64,000 nucleotides of DNA from an uncultured Candidatus Rokubacteria bacterium (GCA_963708025.1 CAVPSB010000022.1:160001-224000); one strand, 5' to 3'. Shown: positions 31,181 to 43,103, counted from the first letter of the stretch. The notes: generated by a model from the sequence alone, not told the origin. Program-made: numbers and translations.

Positions 31181-32467
31181 TCAGGCGCTCCCGGTCGGCC
31201 CGAGCGCTCGCCACACGGCGCGGGCGCGCATCACCCCCATCTCGGCGTAGCTCGACCGGGCCCCCAGCGTGTTGAGCACCGCGGTTCGGGATTCGCTGGC
31301 GTCCCGGGGGTCGGGCACGACGTCCAGCGTGAACGCCGGGCTCACCACGTCCTGGGGCAGGTGCGAGAGGAGCAGGATGTCGCCCAGGTACGACCCGGGG
31401 AGCAAGGCGCCGAGCTCCAGCTCCACGGCCGCGCGGTAGTCACCCGGCTCCCGGCGGCCCTCGACCTTGCCCGGGAACCCGGTGATCAGGACCTGGCCTT
31501 CCCGGCTCCGCACCCTCACCACCACCTCGATGGCGCTCACCGGCGTCGCCACCCAGAGGTCGAGCTCCAGGCGGATCGTCGCGCCCTCCGGGTGGACGTG
31601 GGTCAGCCGCCCCAGGGGGTCCCTCACCGCGACCGATTTCAGCCGCATCTCGCCGCGGAACCCCTCGAGCCGCACCCGCTTCGTCTCGACGTAGGCCTCG
31701 TCGTAGAATGCCCGGCTCTCCAGCTCCACCCCGGCCGTCGCGAGATACCGGTCGACCACGTCCGCCGAGTCACCCTGCTCGCGGATGCGGCCCCGGTCCA
31801 GCCAGATCGCGGTCCGGGTGAGCGCCTTGACGGCCGCCATGCCGTGACTGACGAGCACGATGGTGCGCCCGCCCCGGCTCACCTCCCCCATCTTCCCCAG
31901 GCAGCGCTTCTGGAACGACGCGTCGCCCACCGAGAGGACCTCGTCGACGAGGAGGACCTCGGGCTCGAGATGGGCCGCCACCGCGAAGGCCAGCCGCACG
32001 TACATGCCGCTGGAGTACCGCTTCACCGGGGTGTCGAGGAACCGCTCGATCTCCGCGAACGCGACGATCTCGTCGAGCTTCCGGGCGATCTCGGCCTTCC
32101 GCATCCCGAGAATCGCCCCGTTCAGGTAGATGTTCTCCCGGCCGGTCAGCTCGGGATGGAACCCGGTGCCGACCTCCAGGAGCGAGCCCACGCGACCATA
32201 GACCTCGGCCCAGCCCTCGGTGGGCTCCGTGATGCGCGAGAGGATCTTGAGCAGCGTGCTCTTCCCGGCTCCGTTGGCGCCCACGATGCCGACGACGTCG
32301 CCCTTCTTGACCTCGAAGCCGACGTCCTTCAGCACCCAGATGACGTCGTTCAACGGGCCGCGCCGCCCGAGCGTCCGCCTCAGCCGCTCCCACATCGAGC
32401 CTTGCTCGGCCTGGCCGAGGCGGTAGCGCTTGCCCAGGCCTTCCACGCGGATGGCGACGTCGCTCAT
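31181..32467 (-). CDS. wzt: Polysaccharide ABC transporter ATP-binding subunit with C-terminal Wzt_C-type domain
   Basis: GANGAGKST, YSSGMYVRLAF, VDEVLSVGD, about 170-aa C-terminal extension. Confidence 0.95.
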   Translation of the reverse strand: MSDVAIRVEGLGKRYRLGQAEQGSMWERLRRTLGRRGPLNDVIWVLKDVGFEVKKGDVVGIVGANGAGKSTLLKILSRITEPTEGWAEVYGRVGSLLEVGTGFHPELTGRENIYLNGAILGMRKAEIARKLDEIVAFAEIERFLDTPVKRYSSGMYVRLAFAVAAHLEPEVLLVDEVLSVGDASFQKRCLGKMGEVSRGGRTIVLVSHGMAAVKALTRTAIWLDRGRIREQGDSADVVDRYLATAGVELESRAFYDEAYVETKRVRLEGFRGEMRLKSVAVRDPLGRLTHVHPEGATIRLELDLWVATPVSAIEVVVRVRSREGQVLITGFPGKVEGRREPGDYRAAVELELGALLPGSYLGDILLLSHLPQDVVSPAFTLDVVPDPRDASESRTAVLNTLGARSSYAEMGVMRARAVWRALGPTGSA

Positions 32468-32473
32468 GGGAGG

Positions 32474-33307
32474 CTAGACCAGGTCGGCAAACGTCCGCTC
32501 CATGCGGCGGAAGAGGTAGAGCCCGGTCAGCAGGAGGCCGAGGGCGACGCCCCCCGAGAGGGCCAGCATCGGCAGCGGGGCCTCGATGCTCCCCAGCAGC
32601 GCCCACCGGAAGCCCTCGACGATCCCGGCCATCGGGTTCAGGGCGACGAGCATGCGCCACCTCTCCGGGACCGCGCTCGACGGGAAGGCCACCGGCGTGG
32701 CCAGCAGCCAGAGCTGGATGACGTGGGGCAGGGCGAGGCGGAGGTCCTTGTAGCGGACGCTCAGGGCGGCGACCCACAGACCGCCCCCGAGGGCGCCGGT
32801 CATGGTGAGGAGCACCAGCAGGGGCAGGGTCACGATCGCGGCGCTCGGCGCGATCCGGTAGTACGCCATCATCCCGAGCAGCACCACGAACGACATCGCG
32901 AAGTCGATCAGCAGACCGCACACCGCCGACAGCGGGATCACCAGCCGGGGGAAGTAGACCTTCGTGAGAAGCGATGCGCTGCCGACCACGCTGCCGCCGG
33001 CCGCGTTCAGCGCCCGCGAGAAGAGCTGCCACGGGAGCAGGGCGGTGTAGGAGAAGATGGGGTACGGCAGCCCGTCGGAGGGCATCCGGGCCAGCCCGCC
33101 GAACACGACGGTGAACACCACCATGGTGACGAGCGGCTGGACGACGGCCCAGACGGGGCCGAGCAGGGTCTGCTTGTAGCGGGACTTGAGGTCCCGCCAG
33201 ACCAGGAAGGCGAGCAGCTCCCGGTACTCCCACAGGTTGACGAGGTTCAGGGAGACCCAGCCCCGCGAGGGGCGCATGACGAAGTGAGCCGGCGCGACCG
33301 TTTTCAC
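32474..33307 (-). CDS. wzm: Polysaccharide ABC transporter permease
   Basis: RDLKSRYKQTLLG, KVYFPR, LNPMAGIVEGFR, ERTFAD. Confidence 0.95.
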   Translation of the reverse strand: MKTVAPAHFVMRPSRGWVSLNLVNLWEYRELLAFLVWRDLKSRYKQTLLGPVWAVVQPLVTMVVFTVVFGGLARMPSDGLPYPIFSYTALLPWQLFSRALNAAGGSVVGSASLLTKVYFPRLVIPLSAVCGLLIDFAMSFVVLLGMMAYYRIAPSAAIVTLPLLVLLTMTGALGGGLWVAALSVRYKDLRLALPHVIQLWLLATPVAFPSSAVPERWRMLVALNPMAGIVEGFRWALLGSIEAPLPMLALSGGVALGLLLTGLYLFRRMERTFADLV

Positions 33308-33888
33308 GGGCGGAACGTCACGACCTGGGTCCGCGTCAGCCCCCGGGCGAGCAGCCCCCCGACGATGCCGTCGGCGCGGGTGAAGCTCGCCACGACGACC
33401 GCGTCCTGGTCCTCGGGGCTCAGCTCGGCCAGCCGCCGCACCGGCATGCCCAGGAACGTCGCGGCGTCCCCGTCCTGGCCCACCACCGTCGTCACCTCCA
33501 GCCCCAGCTCCCGCAGCGTCAGGAACGCCAGCTCGGCCGCCTCGCTTGTCCCGCAGATCGCCACGCGGCGTCCGCCCCGGCGGACCACGGGGAGGAGCGC
33601 CTGGCGGAGGTTCTGGCGCGTGTCCCGGTAGAGCCGCAGCGAGTACTCCATGTACTCGAAGGTGAGCCGGGTCTTCTCGGCGATGCCCTTGGGGGTCAGC
33701 AGGTAACGGACGCGGTGGGGCGGCATCGTCGTGATCTTGATGTATCCCCGGCGCGCCAGGCGCTTGAGATAGAGGTTGGTCAGCCCCAGGGCGATGCCGA
33801 GCCGCTCGGCCAGTCGCCGCTGCGTGACCGGCTCGCCGCGTGACAGCGCGGTCAGGATCTCGAGGTTCCGCTGGGCTTCCTGCTCCAT
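33304..33888 (-). CDS. EPS-associated MarR-type winged-helix regulator with C-terminal Rossmann-like domain
   Basis: TQRRLAERLGIALGLTN.YLKRL..RGYIK...YLLTPKGIAEKTRL. Confidence 0.88.
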   Translation of the reverse strand: MEQEAQRNLEILTALSRGEPVTQRRLAERLGIALGLTNLYLKRLARRGYIKITTMPPHRVRYLLTPKGIAEKTRLTFEYMEYSLRLYRDTRQNLRQALLPVVRRGGRRVAICGTSEAAELAFLTLRELGLEVTTVVGQDGDAATFLGMPVRRLAELSPEDQDAVVVASFTRADGIVGGLLARGLTRTQVVTFRP

Positions 33889-33895
33889 GGCCAGA

Positions 33896-33933
33896 TGTTC
33901 ACGATTTGAACAAGCGGACCCTGCCGGTGTCAA
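33896..33933 (-). promoter_or_regulatory. Putative marR-wzm-wzt promoter with perfect palindromic operator
   Basis: Minus-strand TTGACA at 33928-33933; TGTTCA-CGATT-TGAACA at 33896-33912 overlaps the -10 region. Confidence 0.7.
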
Positions 33934-33987
33934 GCAACTTCCGAGCCCGCCCGCGGCCGGGCGGCCGACCGGCGCGAGCGAGTGCCC

Positions 33988-34017
33988 TCGCCAAGGCGCG
34001 GCGCGATCCGCTATAAT
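33988..34017 (+). promoter_or_regulatory. Putative promoter of the divergent rightward operon
   Basis: Perfect TATAAT at 34012-34017 in GC-rich DNA; weak -35 TCGCCA. Confidence 0.55.
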
Positions 34018-34159
34018 ACGAGCCGTCGTGCATCGAGCGTCGCCTGTGTTCGCTGGTTCCGGCGTCCGGCCGTGCCCGACCTCTCGCCCCTGCCCTCGGG
34101 CCGTCCGCGACCCCGCACGAGGGCCCGCCGCCCCGCCGCGGCGACCGACCGGCTGACCC

Positions 34160-37100
34160 ATGGCACGCCCCCGCCTGAGCGTCGTGATTCCGACCCGCGG
34201 CCGGGCCCACACGCTCGGCTTCACCCTGAAGACGTGCGTCGCCCAGGAGTTCCCCGACTGCGAGTTCCTCGTCTCCGACAACTCGGGCGGCGACGCCGTC
34301 CGCGAGACGCTGGGCCGCTTCGACGACCGCCGGCTGCGCTGCGTCCGGACCCCGAAGCTCCTGGCGATGGCCGACAGCTGGGAGTTCGCCGTGGGTCAGG
34401 CGGCCGGCGAGTACGTCACCGTGATCGGCGACGACGACGGGCTCCTGCTCCACGCCCTCCCCGAGATCGATCGCATCCTCCGCCTCGTCCGGGCGCCCGT
34501 GCTCCGTTGGGAGTCGGTCTGCTACAACTGGCCGGACCTCCCGCCTCAGCCCCACGCCACCCCCAACGAGCTGCTCGTGCCGCTCACCAAGACCGGGGGG
34601 CGCCACACGATCCAGGCTCTCGAGGCCCGGCCCATGATGCTCAGGGCCGCCCACTCCGAGATCTCCTACGCGCAGCTCCCGATGATCTACTGCTCGGCGG
34701 TCCACCAGAGCCTGCTCGCCCGTCTCCGGGAGCGCACCGGGCGCGTCTTCCGCGCCCAGTGCCCCGACGTCTACAGCGCCTTTGCCTTCGCCTCGCTCGC
34801 CGGCTACTACCACTCCTGCACCGCCCCGATGGGGGTGAGCGGCCTGTCGGGCGCCAGCAACGGCGTCGCCGAGCTGTACCTGGGGGGGCGGTCGCCGGTC
34901 GCCGAGGAGTTCCGCCGCCTCAACGCCGAGGCGGATCTCGGCCCCCACCCGAGGGTACCCGATCTCCCGCTGATGGCCGCCAAGGTCGCCGACGCGTTCC
35001 AGCGCGCGAAGGACGCGCTCTTCGCCGACGACGGCCGCCTCGGGCTCGACCGGAAGGCGGTCGTGCTGCAGTGCCTCGAGGAGCTCGGGGAAACCGGCAC
35101 GGACGGATGGACCGACGCGGCCGGGGCGATCCGGGAGGCCCTGGGCGACGATCCGGCGCTGGTCGCCTGGTTCACGGCAACCTGCGGGCGCGGACCCCGG
35201 ACGGCCCGCGCCCCCGGGGCGCGGCGAACCCGCCGCGGCTACGGCGGCCCCTACCTCCTCCTGGACGCCGCCGGCTTCGGCGTCAGCGACGTCTACGAGG
35301 CGGCCGAGCTGTGCGAGAAGCTCCTCGGCTACCGGGCGGAGGGAACGAATGCCCGCCTGGCGAGCGAGGCGCCGGCGGAGCTGCCCGCGAGCGAGGTCGG
35401 GCCAGCCGTGGCGCGGGCGGCGCCGGCCCCGCCGTCCGTGCGGGCCGACGAGCCGGCGCTCTACGAGCAGGAGCTGGACCTTTCGCTGCTCCTCCGGCTC
35501 TCCGAGCGGCTGCCCGAGCGGACCGTCCTCGACGTGGGGGCGGAGCGCGGGGCGTTCGTCGACGCCTTCCTGGCCGCCGGCTGTCCCCGCGTCTTCGCCT
35601 TCGAGCCCTTCCCGTCCCACGCCGAGCTGCTGCGGGACCGGTTCGCGAGCGACGACCGCGTGCGCGTGCTCGAGGTGGCCCTGGGCGCCCGCGACGAGAA
35701 GGCCGATCTCCACATCGCCGAGGACCGGAGGGGGCACGAGTACCCCTACTACCACTCGCTGGTGGCCTTCGCCGAGACGGAGCAGGTGCGCTGGGCCAAG
35801 CGGGTGCCGGTCATCTGCCGCTCGCTCGACTCGCTGGTCGAGGACGGCACGCTCCCGGCGGAGGTCGGGGTGCTGAAGGTCGACACCGAGGGACACGACC
35901 TGGAGGTGATCCGGGGGATGGGGCGGCTCTCGGCCGCCGTCGTCATGGTCGAGTACTGGGACACGATCCCGGCGATCTTCGGGGCCTGCCCCTACAGCCT
36001 GGAGGAGGTGGCCCAGGTCCTCGCTCCCCGCGGCTACTCGAACGCGGTCGTGGTCAAGCGGCACGACGCGTTCCAGGTGCTCCAGCTCGGCAGCCTCGCG
36101 ACGCGGCCCGGCGACTGGGGGAACGCGATCTTCGTGCACGACCGCGTCTGGCCGGCACTCGCTCCGCTCGTCCACGAGGTGACCTCGAAGGTCCAGACGC
36201 GGCTCATCGACGCCGCCGTCGATGCTCGACAGCGCGCCTTTCGGCGGCGCGAGGTCATCGCCGAGCTGAAGGCGCAGCAGCAGCTCCCGCGCGGCATGGC
36301 CCGCTGGCTGAAGCCCCGGCTCGGTCACCTGCGCCACCACCCGCCCCGGCCGATGGAGATCCCGGCGCGCTACCGGGCCGAGCCGCCGGTGACGGCCGGC
36401 CCGGTGATCTCCATCGTGACGCCGACGCTCAACTCGGAGCGGTTCGTCGAGCGCACGATCCAGAGCGTCCTCGACCAGGGCTACGCGCCGCTCGAGTACG
36501 TCGTCAAGGACGGGGGCTCGTCCGACGCCACCCAGGCCATCCTGGAGCGCTACCGCGATCACCTGGGGGGCGTCGAGGTCGGAGAGGACAGCGGCCAGGC
36601 CGACGGGATCAACCGTGGCTTCGCGCGGACGTCCGGCGAGATCATGGCGTACCTGAACAGCGACGACCTGCTCCTGCCCGGGACGCTCGCCTACGTCGCC
36701 CGCTTCTTCGTGACCCACCCGAAGGTCGACGTCGTCTACGGCCACCGGGTGCTGATCGACGAGAACGACCTGGAGATCGGCCGGTGGGTCCTGCCCCGCC
36801 ACGAGTCGGACATCCTCTCCTGGACGGACTACGTGCCCCAGGAGACGCTGTTCTGGCGCCGTCGGATCTGGGGGCGGGTCGGGGGGATGCTCGACGACAC
36901 CTTCGCCTTCGCGATGGACTGGGACCTCCTCCTCCGCCTCCGCGATGCCGGCGCCCGGTTCGTCCGTCTCCCGCGGTTCCTCGGCGCGTTCCGCGTCCAC
37001 GAAGGCCAGAAGACCTCGAGCCAGATGCGGGGCGTAGGGGCACGGGAGATCGCCCGCCTGCGCCTGCGGGTCCACGGCCGGCCGGTCTCGCCCGCCGAGG

Positions 37101-37180
37101 TGCGGCGCCGGATCCGCGGCTACCTCGTGCGCCACATGATCTACCAGAAGCTCTACCGATTGGGCGTGCTCCGCTACTAG
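34160..37180 (+). CDS. Multidomain GT2 - FkbM methyltransferase - GT2 protein
   Basis: N-terminal SVVIPT/GDDD; central VLDVGAERG..FAFEP..LKVDTEGHD; C-terminal SIVTPTLN/YLNSDD. Confidence 0.9.
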   Translation: MARPRLSVVIPTRGRAHTLGFTLKTCVAQEFPDCEFLVSDNSGGDAVRETLGRFDDRRLRCVRTPKLLAMADSWEFAVGQAAGEYVTVIGDDDGLLLHALPEIDRILRLVRAPVLRWESVCYNWPDLPPQPHATPNELLVPLTKTGGRHTIQALEARPMMLRAAHSEISYAQLPMIYCSAVHQSLLARLRERTGRVFRAQCPDVYSAFAFASLAGYYHSCTAPMGVSGLSGASNGVAELYLGGRSPVAEEFRRLNAEADLGPHPRVPDLPLMAAKVADAFQRAKDALFADDGRLGLDRKAVVLQCLEELGETGTDGWTDAAGAIREALGDDPALVAWFTATCGRGPRTARAPGARRTRRGYGGPYLLLDAAGFGVSDVYEAAELCEKLLGYRAEGTNARLASEAPAELPASEVGPAVARAAPAPPSVRADEPALYEQELDLSLLLRLSERLPERTVLDVGAERGAFVDAFLAAGCPRVFAFEPFPSHAELLRDRFASDDRVRVLEVALGARDEKADLHIAEDRRGHEYPYYHSLVAFAETEQVRWAKRVPVICRSLDSLVEDGTLPAEVGVLKVDTEGHDLEVIRGMGRLSAAVVMVEYWDTIPAIFGACPYSLEEVAQVLAPRGYSNAVVVKRHDAFQVLQLGSLATRPGDWGNAIFVHDRVWPALAPLVHEVTSKVQTRLIDAAVDARQRAFRRREVIAELKAQQQLPRGMARWLKPRLGHLRHHPPRPMEIPARYRAEPPVTAGPVISIVTPTLNSERFVERTIQSVLDQGYAPLEYVVKDGGSSDATQAILERYRDHLGGVEVGEDSGQADGINRGFARTSGEIMAYLNSDDLLLPGTLAYVARFFVTHPKVDVVYGHRVLIDENDLEIGRWVLPRHESDILSWTDYVPQETLFWRRRIWGRVGGMLDDTFAFAMDWDLLLRLRDAGARFVRLPRFLGAFRVHEGQKTSSQMRGVGAREIARLRLRVHGRPVSPAEVRRRIRGYLVRHMIYQKLYRLGVLRY

Positions 37181-37279
37181 GAGACCGCCCGGGCCGACTT
37201 GTCCCGCCACCGCCTTTCCGATGATACGAGAAGGATCTTCACTGGTGAGCGTCCGCGTGAGTCACCGGGAGGAAGAAGC

Positions 37280-39074
<1,795 letters not shown>

Positions 39075-39146
39075 TAAGAAGGGGCGAGGTTCATGAGCCT
39101 ACCCTACCCGACAGCCGGTCTGTGACGTGGGCCTGATGGAGCGGAG

Positions 39147-39905
39147 TTGTCCGGCCAGATCGACCTGAGCCTGATCATCCCTGCCTACAACGAGGCGCAG
39201 CGAATCCGCCCGACCCTCGAAGCGGTGCGCGGTTTCCTCGACGCCCGGGACCGCCGGTACGAGGTGCTCGTCTGCGCCGACGGGATCGACGGCACGCGCG
39301 AGCGTGCCCGCGAGCTGGGGCGGACGGACCCGCGCATCACGGTGCTGGGCAGCGAGCGCCGCGGGGGCAAGGGCCGGGCGATCCGCGAGGGCGTCGCTCT
39401 CGCCCGCGGCCGCGCCATCGGCTTCATGGACGCCGACTACAAAACGCCGATCGAGGAGCTCCCGAAGCTCCTCGACTGGCTCGACCGCGGGTACGACGTC
39501 GTCATCGGGTCGCGCTCGGAGCCGGACGCCGTGATCGAGGTGCGCCAGCCGCTCTACCGGCGGATCGGCTCCCACGTCTTCGGCCTCGGCATGCACCTCA
39601 CTCTCGGCCTCTGGGACATCGTGGACACCCAGTGCGGGTTCAAGGTGTTCGCGGGCCCGGCCGCCCGCGATCTCTTCGCCCGGCAGCAGATCGACGGGTA
39701 CATGTTCGACGTGGAGGTCCTCTACCTGGCCCGCCGGAGCGGCTACCGGATCAAGCAGGTCGGCGTGCGCTGGCGGGACGACGGGGACAGCCGGCTCGAC
39801 CTCGTGGCGGGGAACTGGAGGAACGCGCTGGACATCTTGCGCATCCGGCTCGGGCGATACCCGGCGCCGGTGCCCCGGGCGGAGCCGGGCCAGGAGGTGG
39901 GGTGA
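39147..39905 (+). CDS. Polyprenyl-phosphate glycosyltransferase (DPM1/ALG5-like GT2)
   Basis: IIPAYNEA, GKGRAIREG, FMDAD, VIGSR, DTQCGFKVF, FDVEVL. Confidence 0.9.
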   Translation: MSGQIDLSLIIPAYNEAQRIRPTLEAVRGFLDARDRRYEVLVCADGIDGTRERARELGRTDPRITVLGSERRGGKGRAIREGVALARGRAIGFMDADYKTPIEELPKLLDWLDRGYDVVIGSRSEPDAVIEVRQPLYRRIGSHVFGLGMHLTLGLWDIVDTQCGFKVFAGPAARDLFARQQIDGYMFDVEVLYLARRSGYRIKQVGVRWRDDGDSRLDLVAGNWRNALDILRIRLGRYPAPVPRAEPGQEVG

Positions 39906-39918
39906 GAAAGACAAGGGG

Positions 39919-40889
39919 TTGGGCGTGGCGGAGGACGGGCGAGTCTTCGTGACGGGCGGCGCCGGCTTCATCGGGAGCCACCTGGTGGACCGCCTGCTCG
40001 ACGACGGCCGCGCCGTCACCGTCTACGACAACCTGTCCACCGGCCGGCCGGCCTTCCTCGCGCGCGCGATCGGCCGGCCCGGCTTCCGGCTCGTCGAGGG
40101 CGACGTCCTCGACCTCTCGCGGCTCCAGGACGCGCTCGTCGGACACGACCTCGTCTTCCACCTCGCCGCGAACGCGGACGTGCGGTTCGGCCTGGAGCAC
40201 CCCCGGAAGGACCTCGAGCAGAACACGATGGGGACGTTCCACGTGCTGGAGGCCATGCGGGCCGCCGCCGTCCGCCGGATCGCCTTCGCCTCCACCGGCT
40301 CGGTCTACGGGGAGCCCGAGGTGTTCCCCACGCCGGAGACCTGCCCCTTCCCGGTGCAGACGAGCCTGTACGGCGCCTCCAAGCTGGCCGGCGAGGGACT
40401 CGTCACCGCCTACTGCGGCGGGTTCGGCTTCCAGGCGCACATCTTCCGGTTCGTGTCCATCCTGGGGGAGCGGTACAGCCACGGGCACGTCTTCGACTTC
40501 TACCGGAAGCTCATGGCCGACCCGGAGGAGGTGCTCGTCCTCGGGAACGGCCAGCAGCGGAAGTCGTACCTGTACGTCGGCGACTGCGTCGAGGCGATGC
40601 TGGTCGCCGTCCGCCGCGGTCAGGAGAGCGTCACGATCCTCAATCTCGGTACCGAGGAGTACTGCACGGTCGACCAGTCCCTGGACTGGATCTGCGAGCG
40701 TCTGGGGCTCTCCCCCGCCGCCGGTACACGGGGGGCGAGCGGGGCTGGGTCGGCGACAGCCCGTTCATCTTCCTCGACACCAGTCGCGTCCGGGCGCTCG
40801 GCTGGCGGCCGACGCTCACGATCCGGGAGGCCGTCCTCCGGACGGTGGACTACCTGCGCGCCAACGACTGGGTGCTCCAGCGAGCCTGA
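39919..40889 (+). CDS. NAD-dependent epimerase/dehydratase (frameshift near 40720)
   Basis: VTGGAGFIGSH, HLAANADV, YGASK; the C-terminus GWVGDSPFIFLD is in a shifted frame, stop at 40889. Confidence 0.9.
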
Positions 40890-40900
40890 GGGCGCTGGCG

Positions 40901-42208
40901 TTGCGGCTGGCGGTCTACGGGTTGTGGCACCTGGGCTGCGTCACGGCCGCCTGCGCCGCGGCCGCCGGCCACTCGGTGGTCGGGCTGGACCCGGACGCGG
41001 CGCGCGTGGCCGAGCTCGGGCAGGGGCGCTCACCGCTCGTGGAGCCCGGACTCCCGGAGCTGCTCCGGGCTGGGCTGGCCGGTGGGACGCTGGGCTTCAC
41101 GACGGAGGCGTCGCGGGCCCTCGCCGGCGCGGATCTCCTCTGGCTCACCTTCGACACCCCGATCGACGAGCAGGACGAGCCGGACGCGGCCTTCCTGCGC
41201 GGCCGGCTCGACGACGTCGCCGACGCCATCGCGCCCGGCACGCTCGTGCTGGTGTCCTCGCAGGTGCCGGTGGGGTTCACCGGCACCCTGGCGCGCGACT
41301 GGCAGGCCCGCGGCCTTCGCTACGCCTGCTCGCCCGAGAACCTCCGGCTCGGCCGGGCCATCGAGGCGTTCCGCCGGCCGGACCGGATCGTCGTGGGGAT
41401 CCGGGACCCCGGGGACCGGCCGCTGCTGGCCGATCTGCTGCGGCCGTTCTCCGAGCGGATCGAGTGGATGTCGATCGAGTCGGCCGAGATGACCAAGCAC
41501 GCCGTCAACGCCTTCCTCGCGACGTCGGTGGCGTTCGCCAACGAGGTGGCGCGGCTGTGCGAGGTCTCGGGCGCCGACGCCAAGGAGGTCGAGCGCGGCC
41601 TCCGGAGCGAGCGCCGGATCGGCCCCCACGCCTACGTCTCCCCCGGGGCACCGTTCGCCGGCGGCACCCTGGCCCGGGACCTCCGGGCGCTCGAGGCGCT
41701 GGCCGGGCAGCACGGCCGACCGGCCCCGCTGCTCGCCGCCGTCGGGCGCAGCAACGAGGTGCACGGGGAGTGGCTCCGGGCGAAGATCACGGCGTCGCTC
41801 GGCGACGCGGGCGACGCCGTCGTGGCGGTGCTCGGCCTCGCCTACACGCCCGGGACCAGCACGCTGCGCCGCTCCGCCGCGCTGGCCACCTGCGCCTGGC
41901 TGGCCGGCCGCGGCGTGCGGGTGCAGGCCCACGACCCGGCGGTGACGGCGCTGCCCCCCGGCCTCGGCGGGGTGCGCCTCTGCGACAGCGCGCGGGCCGC
42001 GCTGGAGGGCGCCGATCTGGCCCTCCTCGCCACCGGCTGGCCGGAGTACCGGGCCCTCGGGGTCGACGACGTGCTGGCCCGGATGCGGCGGCCTCAGATC
42101 CTGGACCCCGGCTGGTTCCTGGCCGACACGCTCGGCGCGGACCCCCGGGTCGTCTACCTGGCCGCGGGACGGCGCCGTGACCCCGAGGCCACGAGCGATG
42201 GACGCTAG
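40901..42208 (+). CDS. UDP-glucose/GDP-mannose dehydrogenase homolog lacking the catalytic Cys (LmbL-like)
   Basis: GLWHLG, SPENLRLG, SAEMTKHAVNAFLA; GGTLARD in place of GGxCxxKD. Confidence 0.85.
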   Translation: MRLAVYGLWHLGCVTAACAAAAGHSVVGLDPDAARVAELGQGRSPLVEPGLPELLRAGLAGGTLGFTTEASRALAGADLLWLTFDTPIDEQDEPDAAFLRGRLDDVADAIAPGTLVLVSSQVPVGFTGTLARDWQARGLRYACSPENLRLGRAIEAFRRPDRIVVGIRDPGDRPLLADLLRPFSERIEWMSIESAEMTKHAVNAFLATSVAFANEVARLCEVSGADAKEVERGLRSERRIGPHAYVSPGAPFAGGTLARDLRALEALAGQHGRPAPLLAAVGRSNEVHGEWLRAKITASLGDAGDAVVAVLGLAYTPGTSTLRRSAALATCAWLAGRGVRVQAHDPAVTALPPGLGGVRLCDSARAALEGADLALLATGWPEYRALGVDDVLARMRRPQILDPGWFLADTLGADPRVVYLAAGRRRDPEATSDGR

Positions 42209-43103
42209 CCGGCCGGGAGCGCCGGACGCGAGGCCCGACCCCGTGCTCGCGGGCCGCGGCGCCGTGATCACCGGGGCCAGCCAGGGCCTCGGCCGCGCGA
42301 TCGCGACCCGCTTCGTCGAGGCGGGGGCGAGCGTCCTCCTGGTGGCCCGCGGCGAGGCGCCCCTCCAGGAGGCCCGGGCCGAGCTGGCGCCGCTCGCCGA
42401 GCGCCCCGGGCAGCGGGTGGCCGTGATGGCCGGGGACGTCTCGGAGCCCGCCGCCTGCGCGGCCGTCGCCGAGGAAGCCCGGAGGCTCCTGCCCGACCTC
42501 TGCATCCTGGTGAACAACGCCGGGGTCTATGGTCCCATCGGGCGCCTGGAGGACGTGGACTGGGCGGCCTGGGCCGACGCGGTGCGGATCAACCTGTTCG
42601 GGACGGTGCTCATGTGCCGGGCGGTGATCCCGCTCCTGCGCGCGCGCGGCTACGGGAAGATCGTGAACCTCTCCGGCGGTGGCGCCACCGCGCCCCTGCC
42701 CCGCTTCACCGCGTACGGGGCCGCGAAGACGGCGGTGGTGCGACTCACCGAGACGCTGGCCGCCGAGCTCCAGGACGCCGGCATCGACGTGAACGCCATC
42801 GCGCCGGGCGCCCTCAACACCCGGCTGCTCGACCAGGTCCTCGCGGCGGGTCCCGACGCCGCCGGAGAAGCGTTCTACCGCCAGGCGCTGCGCCAGCAGG
42901 AGGAGGGGGGCGTGCCGCTCGACCGGGGCGCCGCCCTCGCGGTGTTCCTCGCCTCGGCCGCCAGCGACGGCATCAGCGGCCGGCTCGTGAGCGCCGTCTG
43001 GGACGACTGGGCGAGCCTGGCCGGGCGGGCGGCCGAGCTGGCCGGCAGCGACCTCTACACCCTCCGGCGGATCACTCCCCGGGACCGGCCGGCGCCGCGG
43101 TGA
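42177..43103 (+). CDS. Short-chain dehydrogenase/reductase
   Basis: ITGASQGLG, LVNNAG, YGAAK; start 42177 or 42198. Confidence 0.92.
   Translation: MTPRPRAMDASRPGAPDARPDPVLAGRGAVITGASQGLGRAIATRFVEAGASVLLVARGEAPLQEARAELAPLAERPGQRVAVMAGDVSEPAACAAVAEEARRLLPDLCILVNNAGVYGPIGRLEDVDWAAWADAVRINLFGTVLMCRAVIPLLRARGYGKIVNLSGGGATAPLPRFTAYGAAKTAVVRLTETLAAELQDAGIDVNAIAPGALNTRLLDQVLAAGPDAAGEAFYRQALRQQEEGGVPLDRGAALAVFLASAASDGISGRLVSAVWDDWASLAGRAAELAGSDLYTLRRITPRDRPAPR

Noticed and set aside
32419-32430. ops/JUMPstart-like GGCGGTAG
   Set aside because: Lies inside wzt on the non-coding strand, not in a leader.
30629-37224. Very long alternative-frame ORFs (30629-33631 +, 33899-37210 -, 33982-37224 +) and many similar ones across the window
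   Set aside because: Shadow ORFs of high-GC coding DNA; Arg/Pro/Gly-rich with no motifs, overlapping well-supported genes.
37236-37251. Possible third MarR operator TCTTCA-N4-TGAGCG upstream of sat
   Set aside because: Wrong spacing and several mismatches; too weak.
39919-42180. 753-aa epimerase 'fusion' in the ORF track
   Set aside because: Caused by a frameshift near 40720; the true C-terminus ends at 40889 in another frame.
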